A DNA stretch of 64,000 nucleotides from Vicugna vicugna (Eukaryota). Made by a program: the position numbers and the translations under genes. The notes beneath the pieces were generated by a model that saw only the letters and a program-made list of their open reading frames with translations, ran no database searches and was not told the DNA's origin. Each line of letters starts with the position of its first letter. Position 1 is the first letter of the stretch. The DNA lies in NCBI GenBank assembly GCA_013265495.1, contig MU058687.1:2296001-2360000 (forward strand). The letters are read 5' to 3'. Below are positions 24,317-36,031 of the stretch, piece after piece.

Positions 24317-25240
24317 CTCATGGGTGTTTTCCTGAAATTGGTCTGATTAAGAAACAACATTTCCCTTATTTTTTCTACTTTTGACAAAGCCCAAAAGAAC
24401 AATTCTGTGTAGTTTTTTTCAAATTGTTTTTTTGAATGACTATCTTTAACTTTTTGCCAATATTGTTAGATTGTCCATGTCCTTAGAAGTTAGTGGATAC
24501 AAGTGAATTCCATCATCCAGATATATTGATAGAATTGCAATTAGGTAACCTAATCTGCCGAATTAGGTCTCCTAGCATAGCACCCAGGGCTACTGAATTT
24601 TGCCTTGGGGAGGAACAGAGTAAGCCGAGTCTTTTTGGGAACCTGTCTCTGCATGTTTCCCTGACAGGCAGTTTGAGGGGCTGAATTGCTAGAACCTGAG
24701 ACCCCAGCAATTGGAAGCTACCCTTGCTGCACCTTGGAGGCCAAAGCAGCGTCCTCTCCGCACAAGGACGAGAGGCTGACCCTTTGGAGGCATCCCGTAA
24801 GAGGCTGTAGGGGAAACAACCCAAACCACTGTTGAGTGGTGGAGTAGGAAGGAGCAGGGGCTGAACCTGATACAGTCATTTGTGGGCATGGATGAACTGG
24901 GGTGCACCACGGGGGATCAGCAAACCCCAGCTTCTCTTCACTCACCTCTCAGAGCAGCATAGTCGTCAGCCTGGGTAAACACAACCATTGTTTTAAGCGT
25001 GGTACCCTCACAGCCCAGAGGATGGGAAATGGAAGAGCTCTAGAGCCCCCTGCAGGCCTTCGATGGCACTGCACCTCATGGGTTACAGTCTGCTACAGAG
25101 CTTTCTGAGGGTGGGAGGAACGTGCAGGAATCCAGCCGGGAGACTGCAGAAATGCAGGATCCTGGAGGGGTGAGTGCAGGAATCCAGCTTCAGAAAGCAG
25201 CTTAAGTTTGGACCTGCCTTTCGGAATCACACTCCAAGCC

Positions 25241-25349
25241 ATTTATTATTTTACTTACTTATTTTTTAAGTGGAGGTACTGGGGATTGAACCCAGCACCT
25301 TGTGCATGCTAAGTATACTCTCTACCACTGAGCTATTACCCTCTTCCCC
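25241..25349 (-). mobile_element. tRNA-Ala-derived SINE (vic-1-like)
   Basis: ggaggtactggggattgaacccagcaccttgtgcatgctaagtatactctctaccactgagcta with a T-rich tail on the left; same family as 4895-4973. Confidence 0.88.
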
Positions 25350-25704
25350 AGGCTTTTTTTTTAATCACTGCAGTTGCTTCCTAGTGTGTTGTGAGAACCT
25401 CCTCCTTGCCCCGTCTCCAACGCACACAAACACATGCAGGATGCTCACTGCCTCTGTGGTTTGCCCTGACCCCCAGCCAGGCTGGACAGCAGCCAGGCCT
25501 CTCTCAGTCAGGACGGCCCTCTAGCTGCTGCATGTGCAGGGGCAGCTAGTGCTATTTTCAGAGCCTGACTGATCAACTCGTGTTTAGAGTCTCTTCTCCA
25601 AGACATTCAGCTCCCTGGGGATCGTCTTAGGGTTTGATGGAAGAAAAGTTTTTGGGGAGACAGGAGAACTGAAAATAAATGGTAGAGTCACAGGTTGGCA
25701 ATTG

Positions 25705-25723
25705 TAATAATAATAATAATAAT

Positions 25724-25756
<33 letters not shown>

Positions 25757-25772
25757 AATAATAATAACAACA
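25705..25772. repeat. Compound (AAT)n(AAC)n(AAT)n trinucleotide microsatellite at the tail of a MIR
   Basis: Directly visible. Confidence 0.95.
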
Positions 25773-26050
25773 GGCATTTAGTATTTCTTAGCACTTACTG
25801 GGTGCCGGGCTTTGTCCTAAGAACAGTTCAGGTATTAATTCATCGCTTCCGCACAATAACCCTATTAGGGTGAATGGCATAATAGGCAGTAGTTCTGTTA
25901 CCACCCCCCTTTCACAGGTAAGGAAACTAAGGTACAGAGATGCTAGGTCACTTGCCCAAGGTCACACAGCTGACAAAGCTGGGATTTGCTCGGGGGCAGT
26001 CTGGCTGTGTGCCTGTACTCCAGCCGCTGTGTTATATGTCCCTCACTGCA
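25773..26050 (-). mobile_element. MIR SINE
   Basis: agcacttactgggtgccgggc...tttcacaggtaaggaaactaaggtacagaga...cttgcccaaggtcacacagct (MIR core in reverse). Confidence 0.8.
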
Positions 26051-27194
26051 TCTAGAATTTCTGCTTTCTAACTCTAGCTTTCAGAACAACCCCTCTTAGC
26101 TGTGTGGGTGGGACACACAGTTCAGTTTAGGGTGGAGGTGGAGGGGAAAATTGGGCCCTGTGACTTGTTCCTAAAAAGGCAGAGGGAAGGAAGGCCACAG
26201 TAAGTGAGGCCCCATTCTTCCTCGGCCTGTGTCACTGGCAGGGGGAACTTTTGGTCTTCCCAACGTCATCCTCCAAGGGCCCAGGACCACCTCCAGAGAC
26301 ATCCCCTTCATGCCTCCCTCTAAGTCTGTCATAAATGTATGCTGAAGCTGTATTTTCTCCCATCTCACACCCTCCCCTTGTCCTTTCATCTCCTGATCTC
26401 CAACCACTCCTGAGTCTGAATCTCAGGGTCCGACGCTGGAGTCCAACTTGGGCTCCTGGGTATACCTCCCACCAGCACATGCAAAACAGAATTGTAGCAT
26501 CTTCCTCCAAACTGCTTCTCCATGCGTCTTCCTTGTTCCTCCCTCGCTCGACACAGGGACCTCCCCAGCTGGGCTACGGAGCGTATCTTCAATTCTTTGT
26601 CCAATCCCCTTCTCAGTCTGGACAACTTCTACCTAAATAGACACCTCAGACCTATTCTTGCCTATCTGTACTATTGCTGATCCCCCAACCCCCAGTCTTC
26701 TTGGAAAACTTCTATTTATCCTTTAAAACTCTCTTCATGGATTCCCCTCTGGGTGAGGCCATCCCTGACACCTCCCAGGGGGGATTAATCTCTCTTTTTG
26801 CAGCTACAGTCTGGCCCGTACCCCCGACGGGGTCACAGTCTGTTGGATTTGAATACATACCTATCTTTTCCCACCACAGCCTGAGCCCCTACAGTAGAAG
26901 CTCATCCCTGTCCCCACTGCCTGGAACAGCACCTGGCACAGAGTAAGCACGTCATGCATGTTGGTGGGGCTAACCTGGGGAGGTCAGGTGTGGGTAAAGG
27001 GGACTCCCAGAGGCGTAAGAGGGAGGTAGAAAGCCATTCAAAAAGTGGCCAGGAGGGGCCTGCCGCGTCTGCTATCTTGTCGATCCACGAGAGCGGATCT
27101 GGCTGACTAGGTGAGCACCCAGGCCCTTCTTGGGGCAGTAGAGGGTAATGGTTAGGAGGAAAGGCTCTGGCTCCAGACTGAGTCTAAATCCTGA

Positions 27195-27586
27195 AACCAG
27201 CTCAGACTGGCTTGGGAGAACTGACCAGTAAATTCTCAGGAATTTTGTAGCTGATGGTTGAACACAAACCATTATTACAAATGAAATTACGTAAACTTAC
27301 GTTTAAATACATTGTCTTAAAAACCAAGCTAGTACATACTCAAAACTCATGACTTCGAATATTTCACTACCTTTAAAAGTTCTTGAACTCAATTTGCATC
27401 TAGTATGTCTGTGTGGTGGGAATGCTGTATGATGGGTTATTTGTGCCCATCTCTTCACAGAAGCATAACGTCAGTGACGTCACATTGGTAGCTTGAAACT
27501 GGCCACATGGGAGTATTTACACCATGGAAATAAATAAATCAGTCCCCCTCCTTCAGCTGGTGTAAACGTTTACCACCACGCCACTG
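27195..27586. mobile_element. MER63-like hAT DNA-transposon fossil inserted within a MIR
   Basis: Right end taaacgtttaccaccacgccactg resembles the MER63 terminus. MIR-like sequence lies on both flanks (27140-27193 and 27600-27760). Left end is approximate. Confidence 0.55.
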
Positions 27587-29984
27587 CCTGGCTGCCTGAC
27601 ATCCCAGCTCTGTGACCCTGGATGAGTTACTTAATCTCTCTGTGCCTTGGATTCCTCATAACCAGTGATCCCCCTCAGGGGAGAGCTACAAACATTCAAA
27701 ATTGGCTGATATAAAGTACTTAAGGCAGAGACTGATACACAGTAAGTGCTCAATAAATTTTGGCTCTTTTTTAGTATTTCTTCCTCACAGCCACAGGCGT
27801 GTCCCTACCCAAATTCTATCAAGACTAATGACCTTTCCAGATAGCAGAACATGAGTTTTCTCCTAAGAGTGTTAAGGTTATTGCTTTTCCCTGTGGGACG
27901 CTTGCACATGGGGTTTAATTGCAGTAGCTGAAAGCAGGAAGCAGAAAACACTAGCCTTCCAAGGGGAAAGGCCCTGGTGGAGAGATGCATTCAAGCCTCT
28001 GGGCCGGGAGAGGAGCTGGGACCACAACAGCTGCCAACATGGCTGAACAGGTGAGGCAGGCACAGGTGAGGTCAGGAAAGAAACAGAGCAGATGCTCAGA
28101 AAAGCCATGCTCCAGGGTGAAGGGAGGCTCTGCAGTGGCTGTAGCGGGTCCCTCCAATTATGGTAGTGCAACTGTGCCTACAAAGGCAAGGGCCCCTCTG
28201 GTTTGGGGAGCTGAGGGAATATTCCAGACCATCCAAGTTAGCGCACATGCGGTAACCAGCTTGAGCTGTGGCTGCACTGGTTGTGCTGCAGTTGCTGGGG
28301 AATCTGCAGGAAAAGCGGGAAGTTGAGAGCATCTGACTCGCAGCTCCCCACACAGCAGAGGTTCAGGAGAGGACCAGCATGTGCTAGATGCTCCAGATCT
28401 CCTGCTCAGCTGGTTCTGAGAGCCCCAACCAGCTCTGGCCCTGGAGGAGGTCTCTGCACTGACAGTTCCCTGGAAATTGCTTCAAGCTCAGACCTTTGGC
28501 ATCAGGAGGCCCTGCTCAGTGACTCAGTCACACACAGGCTCTGGACTAGCCCAGCCCTCTTTCAGTGTTAAGAGAACGCAAGCCTGCATGCACTGGGTAA
28601 GGGCTAGGTCTGCACAGCCTTAGATGCCAGGGGATAATCTCATCTCTGGGGGCTCATTTCGTTCTTTGTACCCCTAGTCTGCAGAGAAATGCCCTTGGCA
28701 ATGGCCTTGCCAAGGAGGAGGCAGCCTTGAGAATCAAACCCTCCTTCCCACCTCTCCATGAAAGTTGTGCCATCATCCTGATCCCCTTAAAGGCCTGGGT
28801 CTGATTTATTTGTGAATTTGCAGCACCGGGCCAGGCATGGAGGAGCCTTCAGTAAATTATGAGCTAAAAGCTTGGATACATTTTGAGAAAATACGTGCAT
28901 TGGGTTGAACTGCCAGTGAGCCACCTCTACAGTTGCACAAGTTGTTCACTGAACAAGAGTGCCTGGTTGAGGGAGTGGGTGAGGTCTGCACCTAGTTTTT
29001 CTAATTCACACCAGGGCACACATGGAAGGGAGAAGAGGCAGTGGGTCTCCAAGGAATTCAGGGCCTAGAGGGACTGAGGAGTCCCAGGCCCTGACTCACA
29101 CTGGGAACAAACGCCCTGACTAACACATGGCCTGGTTCTATAATGCCCCTGTGTTTCTGTCTGCCAGCCCTATCCATGCAGCCTGAATTTAGAGCTTGAT
29201 AGCTCTTCAGAAGGCTTTCTGTTTGGTGTAGCTGCAGTTCTTAGTGGGTCCCCACAGCTCTCGGCAGGCACAACCAGGAAGGGGCACCCAGGCCCTGCTC
29301 TTGCTGGGGCTAATTCAGGATGCCTGTGGGAGCAGAGACGTACTGGGTCCCTATGTTCCCAGATTCAAGGTGCCAGGTGATGTGTGGGTGTGGGTGTGGG
29401 TGTGTGGCCGGCAGGGACACATTAGAGGGAGAGTGTCACAGAGTCCCTAGGCTCTGAAGGCCTCTGTGAGTAGATTTCAGGGCGTGCTAGAGCTCATCAC
29501 CTTGGAGGGGCCATGGAGGGGAAGGGAACCTCTGTGGTAGCATTTGATTGGGTGCTTGCAGGCATATCTCTTTATCTTTACGGTAACACCTCAGTAAAAT
29601 CGGGGGTCCTATCCCCCTTGATGGAAGAGGAACCTGAGGTCCAGATGGGTTGAATAACTTGCTCAAGGTGACAAGTGGGTCCTCTTAAAGAGCCAGGAAC
29701 CAAATCCAAGTCTGCCTAAAATAGCTCAGAACTCCGGACTGACCCTCCTGACGTTTTCCCTGGCACGTTAACATGGTCCCAAGCTGAACCTCTCAGCTGA
29801 CCTCAGGCTCAGCAAGGGGGCACTGCCCCTGAGGAGGGCACATGACTCAGGAGACTGCCACCAGTTCCCCACCGAGGGCAGCTGAACAAAGGCATCCAGA
29901 AGTGCCTGTCTGTGCTGGGTTGAGAGAAGCACCTCCTCTTGCCAAAAGGAAAGACCCACTTCAGGGGTCTCAATTCACCTGGCA

Positions 29985-30135
29985 ACTCTGGACCCTCTTG
30001 CTGTGCAGCCTTGAGCAAGTCACCTAACATCCCTGTGCCAGGCTGGCCTCATCTGAAAAATGGAAATAATAATCCTTCCCCTATAGGGTTGTGGGAAGAT
30101 TTAATATAGTAATGCTTGTAAAATGCTCAGGACCT
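29985..30135 (+). mobile_element. MIR SINE
   Basis: ccttgagcaagtcacctaacatccctgtgcc...cctcatctgaaaaatggaaataataat...agggttgtgggaagatttaa. Confidence 0.75.
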
Positions 30136-30619
30136 CATAGTCAGTCATGTCCCATGCAGTCTCTGTAAACATTCTGTGGTCATTGAAAGGAAACATGCAT
30201 ATTCATTTCAAAGTATGACTAAATTGTGAATTTATTATGTATTTTTCCCAACCAATGAAGAATAAAGATATCAGATTATGACAAGGGAGGATCAAGAAAT
30301 GTTTTGATATTAAAAAGAGGTCCTCCTAGGTCCATATGGACTGATACGGAAATATAGACAACATAGAGTTAAATGGGGAAAAGCAGATGGCTGGACAGAA
30401 TATATGATAAAATTACATTTATGGCTTTTTAAGTTCCAAATGCTGGGCATGTTCTTTGGGAACTTCTGGAAGGAGACACAAAAAACTGTCATTTGAGTTA
30501 CCTCTGGGGAATCTGCTTGAGAATCCTGGAATTGGGAAAGATTTTTCTTTTGACCTTATCCCTTTGGTGAATATGTGTTCTCTATGAAAATATAATTTTA
30601 ATTTTAAAGTTAAGGGCGT

Positions 30620-30764
30620 GGGGAGAGGGTATAGCTCAGTTGTACAGTGCATACTTAGCATGCACAAGGAGCTGGTTTTAATCCCCAGTACCTCCATTAA
30701 ATAAACAAACAAACAAACCTAATTACCTCCTCCTCCAAAAGCAAAAAAAGGAAAAGAAAAAAAA
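30620..30764 (+). mobile_element. tRNA-Ala-derived SINE (vic-1-like), intact two-part structure
   Basis: ggggagagggtatagctcagttgtacagtgcatacttagcatgcacaagg...ccccagtacctcca, then an (AAAC)n linker, cctaattacctcctcc and an A-rich tail. Confidence 0.9.
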
Positions 30765-31203
30765 TTAAGGAAGCTGACTCTAAATAAGCAAATTAACAAA
30801 CACTCCTAAGAAAACTATCAAAATAAAAAAGGGTCCTAAAAAAAGGTAGGGGGGATCTTTCTACAAAGTTGGAAGCCAGTGCTCCAGACAGGCAGACTTC
30901 CAGAAATGGTGCTCTGTCCTTGCCCAGCTCCCTGCCCACCTGCTCCCCCATCGTCCCTGTTGTACACAGCTCACCAAGCCCAGGTGAGTGCCTCTGCCCG
31001 CAGCAGGTGCAGTCCACCAGCCCGCAGGCTGGGCTCCCAAGGGGTGGCACTGACAGTGGATGAGGCAGCCGGGCTCTGCCGCGTCGGCAAGGACTGCCCT
31101 CCCCTCAGAGTCTTTCTCCGCTTCACGCCTCGCAGAGCCAGGAGCAGGGAGTTGCTGGAGGATCTTGCCTAGATGAGTGGGTGGCTGCCCCCCTGCCTCG
31201 GAA

Positions 31204-31455
31204 GCCATTAATCTTGTGTCTCCTCGGCCTCCCGGCCTCCCACTCCAGCCGCCCTGGCATGGACAGACTCGGGAAAGGACATGAAAGGGGCCCTGGGCTT
31301 CTCTCCATGGTGGACCGTGACCCTGGAACAGACCATCTGGCTTTTCTGTGTGTCTTCTGACACCAATTCCCCAGGTTGGGACACATCAAAGAGAGCTGTG
31401 TCTGGTGACATTTCTCATTGTTACTCCTTTGGCAGGGCCTTCGGATTCAAGGTCA
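31204..31455. promoter_or_regulatory. Candidate intronic enhancer (NANOG-like, TCF/LEF, SOX and ERRE motifs)
   Basis: GCCATTAATC 31204-31213; ACATCAAAG 31383-31391; CATTGTT 31416-31422; perfect ERRE TCAAGGTCA 31447-31455. Confidence 0.5.
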
Positions 31456-34400
31456 CAGGGAGACACAGCCTCCAGAGGTTGCCTGTGGGGCCTGGGGCCT
31501 CCCGTCCTGGAGCTGCCTCCAAAGGGGGCTTGTAGAGGGAGACCCAGGACCCAGGACCTCAGAGAGGGCAAGATCCTATTCACTGCACCAGGCAGTCTGG
31601 TCCCACAGGGCCAGGCCAGGCACTAGAACCTTCTGGTGCTATCAGCTCCACATTTCCTCCCCTGCAGTCTGACTCTTCCCACACAAAATAGCCAGAGTAC
31701 CAGGTACCCAATCTGGGGTGTCAGCAAATGTATAGAGTTTGGCTTTGGCCCTAGAAATCTAGGTTTTTGTCTCAGAACCATATTTTCTTTAAGAAGGCAG
31801 AGGCTGGCTTTAGAGTAATTCTAAGATAGAATTATTCGGGGTAAAGTAATTTTGTGCAAAAGAGCGGGCCTTTGATGAACTGGGATGTTTGGTACTCAGA
31901 GGTGGACTACTGAGCAGTGAGTTCTCCATCTCTAGAGGTATGTAAGTGGAAAGGGGACCTATTTGGACTGAGTATGCTATTGTACACTTTGTCCTCTGGA
32001 ATAAGCCCCTTCATTTCACGCAGGGGGGGAGCAGACCTGCACCAGGCCACATTGGACATCATCTCACATTTTTACTTCTGATCTTTCCAACGTGGGGCAG
32101 TGCTCCTGAGCCAGCTTGGAAAATTGGTTCAGTAACACTAGTAGCTAAGACATATCTGCATGTTTACTATGTGCCAGGCCCAGCCCTGCATGCTCTTGCC
32201 TATTTTTGTCTTTGAATCTTAACTGTCTCTAAAATAGGCACACATGTTTTCCACATTTGACAGATGGGAAGACCAAGGCTCAGAGAGGTTGAGTAGCATC
32301 CCCAAAGTCACAGAGTCACATAAAAGGCCAAGCCAGGATTTGAACCCAGATCCGTCTCCAGCTCCACTCTGCTGGGCACTCTTGTGGATGGCAAATGGTT
32401 CCCCCCTGTATTCTGGTTGGAAATTGTTTGGGTCTCCCTTTTGTCACTGTTTACACCATCAGAGTTCAAAGGCAGTCAGGAAACTGGGTGTTCCCTGTTT
32501 TGCTGCTTACTGCCTTGGCAGGTCCAGGGGGTGAGAGAGGGCAGGCTGCAGGGGAGGGAGTCCAAGAAGCGGGCTCTCAGGGCACCACCCGCTTCAGTAA
32601 GGGGATTTTCACCTGGGGTGAGGAGGCCTTAATGTCGGGCATCTCCTTCAGAGTCAGCTTTTCCAGGCTCCTGAAACACACGCTCATCGAATCCTTGTAA
32701 CAACCCACTGGGACAGAAGCTCTCTTATGCCTCGCTGTACTGAGGGTCGGAGTGGCTGTGTGGTTGATCAGCTAGTGGACAGTGGCATCAGCTTCAGGTC
32801 AGGGTCTACCTGATGCCTAACCCAATCTCCCCACCGCCATCCTGCACTTTTTTATACAGCTCGGCCTCTGCTGTTTTATTGAGGGGATGTAGGGGGAACC
32901 AATGCCATTGTATAGGTGAGTGAGGGATTATTCTAATCCTTATTTTCCAAGTGGAGACCCAGCGATTCCAGAGTGTCTTATTGAAGTCAGAGGTTGGGGC
33001 CAGAGTTACCACCAGGCCCATCCTTGTTCCCTGGCTCTAGTCTGGTCTCTTTGCAGACGGGTCCAAACAGCAGATGCTGATCATTTTGGAGAAAATGGTC
33101 ACATGGCTGTCTGCAAGGGGAGGAGACTGGATAATTTCTTGGCCGGCTGTTTTTTTGGGTTTGTTTAATCAGTGCACACATCTTGATTTAAACAAATCGA
33201 GTGTTTAGACCAATCCAACAGGAAGCTACCTGTGGTGGAGTCTGAGACCTGAGCATGGCCCCTTTGGTAAATCTGTCATCTTAACTAGTCAGTTATCCTC
33301 TAAGCCTCTGTTTTCTCATCTGTGTAATGGGGATAATAGTGTCCCCACTCACTGGGTACATGTGAGGGTTAGGTGAAATCAAGTCTCCAGCAATGGTGAG
33401 ATTTGACTTCCTGGGAGGTATATCATAGCAGTGTGATCCCTCAGTCTTCCTTGGTGGGCCATCAGAGTCTGCATCACCTTCTCTGAATATGCTCGCCGGT
33501 GGCAAATTTTCCTATGGGGGTGGATTTAATTTTTAATGCCAACAAGGTCATTTGGAGGCAAGTGTAAGGAATTAGCTGAGTGACAAAGCAATTTTCGATT
33601 ACAAAGAAAAGTGAGGAGGTGACTCACTTTCTCAGATAACCTGGCTCTAAAGAGGAGCTTTAAAAATGCTTTGACCAAAGACAGCATCACTGGGAACTGG
33701 GAAGAGATGCCCAAGGTGACCACGTGGAAAGGGATAGCACTCACCGGCTGTATAAATACCGGTTGGTCACACTCGGTCTCCTGACTTCACAGTCACCCCC
33801 CGGCTGCTCCTGAGCAGCTGCCACCACTTCACGGAGCAGACTTGGTGGGAGCTTATGGAGGTATCCAGGGAAACCTGGGTAATTGTGGCAGCCACGGGTC
33901 AGGCTCAGTCCCGGCTCCGTGCAGAATAAGTAATGGCCCAGCAAGATGCCTATAACTTTCTCGTCTTACCAGCCAAACCTGCAAATTACCCAGCAGAACC
34001 CACGCTGCTTCGGCCAGGAAGGCCAAATGAGCCGGAGGTTTGGAGGGTCTAGCCGGAGGCAAAAGGGAAGGAGGACCCTTACCCCCTCCCGATCCCCAGT
34101 ACATCATTTGCCCTTGAGAATTAGCCTGGTGGTGGGAGCCCTGAAAGTGGGCACTTAATTCCACTTTTCTCGTCCTGCCATCCCCTGGCATTTTGCTTCT
34201 GGGAAAACTTTCGGAGCAACCGTTCTGGGAAAGGTAGAGATTTAGAAGTTTTGAAAAAGAAAATAGCAAGCCAAGAATATAATTGGAGGAGAAAGGCAGA
34301 GCACAGGGGCAGAGAATCCTGACTAGTAGCAAATGGACCTCAGACACTGGTCTCGAGACTGTGAGAGTTCAGAACAAAATGAGGAAAGAAAGCACATCAC

Positions 34401-35478
34401 AGTGAGCCCTCCAAAAGCATCCACTCCAATGGAAGATCGTCCTTTACTCTCCAACTATGGCCTTCTTCATTTGGGACGCTAAAATGGCTTTTCTTTCTTT
34501 CTTTTTTTTTAAATGGCTTTTCTTTTATGAAATGATGGTCATACTAGGTTCTCTGTTTTTTTTTTTTCCTTAACATTCTTACCTGACAAAATAGTCAACC
34601 CAGATTTGGTTCCCAAATTTGGTGGTAGTGCAGCAGACTGGGGTTTTTTTCTATGAGCCTGAAAGATGGGTAACCGCTGGCCTAGAACACAAAGCCCAGA
34701 AAACAGGTGTCCTCACGCTGGACCAGAGGTTCCATAGGGAACCTGAGGACAGCAAGCGCAGACACAAGAAATGAGTGTTTCCCACTGCTGTTTTTCAAGG
34801 GGAGGCTCCTACAAGATGGTGCTCTGACCCCCCAGGAATCCCCTTCCCCCTTGGTGCTCTGCTCTCTGTGCTGTTCAAAGTGTAGCTGATTTCAAGTTGC
34901 AGGGGTAGGAGATTTCTTCTGTGCTTTGGCCAAGTGATGCAGCGAGCCCTGTCCTCACCCTCCCCGGATTCCAGATTCTGCCCTGAGGTCTGGCCTCCTG
35001 CAAGGAGTCAGCAGCTGCCTGTTGGGGAAGAAAGACTCCTGTTACCCTTTGTGGTGATGGCAGTTCAGGGCCAGGGCACTTTTGAGGCTGGCACAGCCCC
35101 AGATATTCAAGTGAGAGGATGGAGAGGAGAAAAGCGCTCAACATCTTGTGTCAAAGGAGAAGGGAACAAAAAAAGAAGATCTGAAACAGACTGGGAATTG
35201 TCATTCATGAAAGAGCATGCCTTCTTAATCCCCACTCCGGTCTTTTTAGCCTGGAAGACTTCAGATTAAAGGGACGATGGTGAATAGGGACCACAGTGAC
35301 ACATTACTTCAGAGAGTGCCCCAGGGTGTAGGTAGCCCCACTTTCTGAGCAGCGGGTTGGAGCAGAGTTCTATAGATTCTCTGCTCTTAGATTCTGACCC
35401 TCAACTGCAGCATTCCTTAAAGCATTCGTGGAACCTAAGGACTGCAAGATGCTCTCGGGAGAAAAAGGTTTCTGTGAT

Positions 35479-36031
35479 TGTATTAGTCGGGGTTCTCCAG
35501 AGACAAAACGAATACTGTGTGTGTGTGTTTGTGTGTATGTGTGTGTATCACACATATAGATAGACACCTACGCACATACGTATACATAACGAGATTTTAA
35601 GGAATTGGCTCATGCAGTTATGGATGCTGACAAGTCCTAAGATACTCAGGTTGGGTCAACAGGTCCAAAAGCCTGAGAACTAGGAGAGTGGGTAGTGTAG
35701 TTCCAGTCCAAAGGCCCCACACCCAAGAAGAGCTGATGTTTCATTTTGGGTCCAAAGGCAGGAAAAAGCTGATGTCCCGATTTGAAGGCAGTCAGACAGG
35801 AGGAGTTCTTTCTTACTTGGGAGAGGGTCAGCTTTTTTGTTCAATTTAGACCTTCAACTGATTGGGCGAGGCCCACCCACACTAGAGAGGGCAGTGTGTT
35901 TTCCTCAGTCTATCGACTTAAATGTTAATCTTGCCCCAAAACACCCTCACAGAAACAGCTAGAGCAATGTTTGATCAAATATCTGGGCACCTTGTAGTCC
36001 AGTCAAGTTGACACATAGATTAATCATCACA
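35479..36031 (-). mobile_element. MLT2-type ERVL solo LTR
   Basis: TG...CA termini (tgtattagtcggggttctccagaga ... agtcaagttgacacatagattaatcatcaca), an internal TG repeat typical of MLT2, and a 5-bp TSD GTGAT/GCGAT at 35474-35478 and 36032-36036. Confidence 0.9.

Noticed and set aside
25679..25873. Poly-asparagine ORF
   Set aside because: Translation of an (AAT/AAC)n microsatellite running into a MIR.
25956..25964. ERRE/SF-1-like CCAAGGTCA (also TGACCTTGG at 10501-10509)
   Set aside because: Part of the MIR consensus, so expected by descent; nothing here suggests function.
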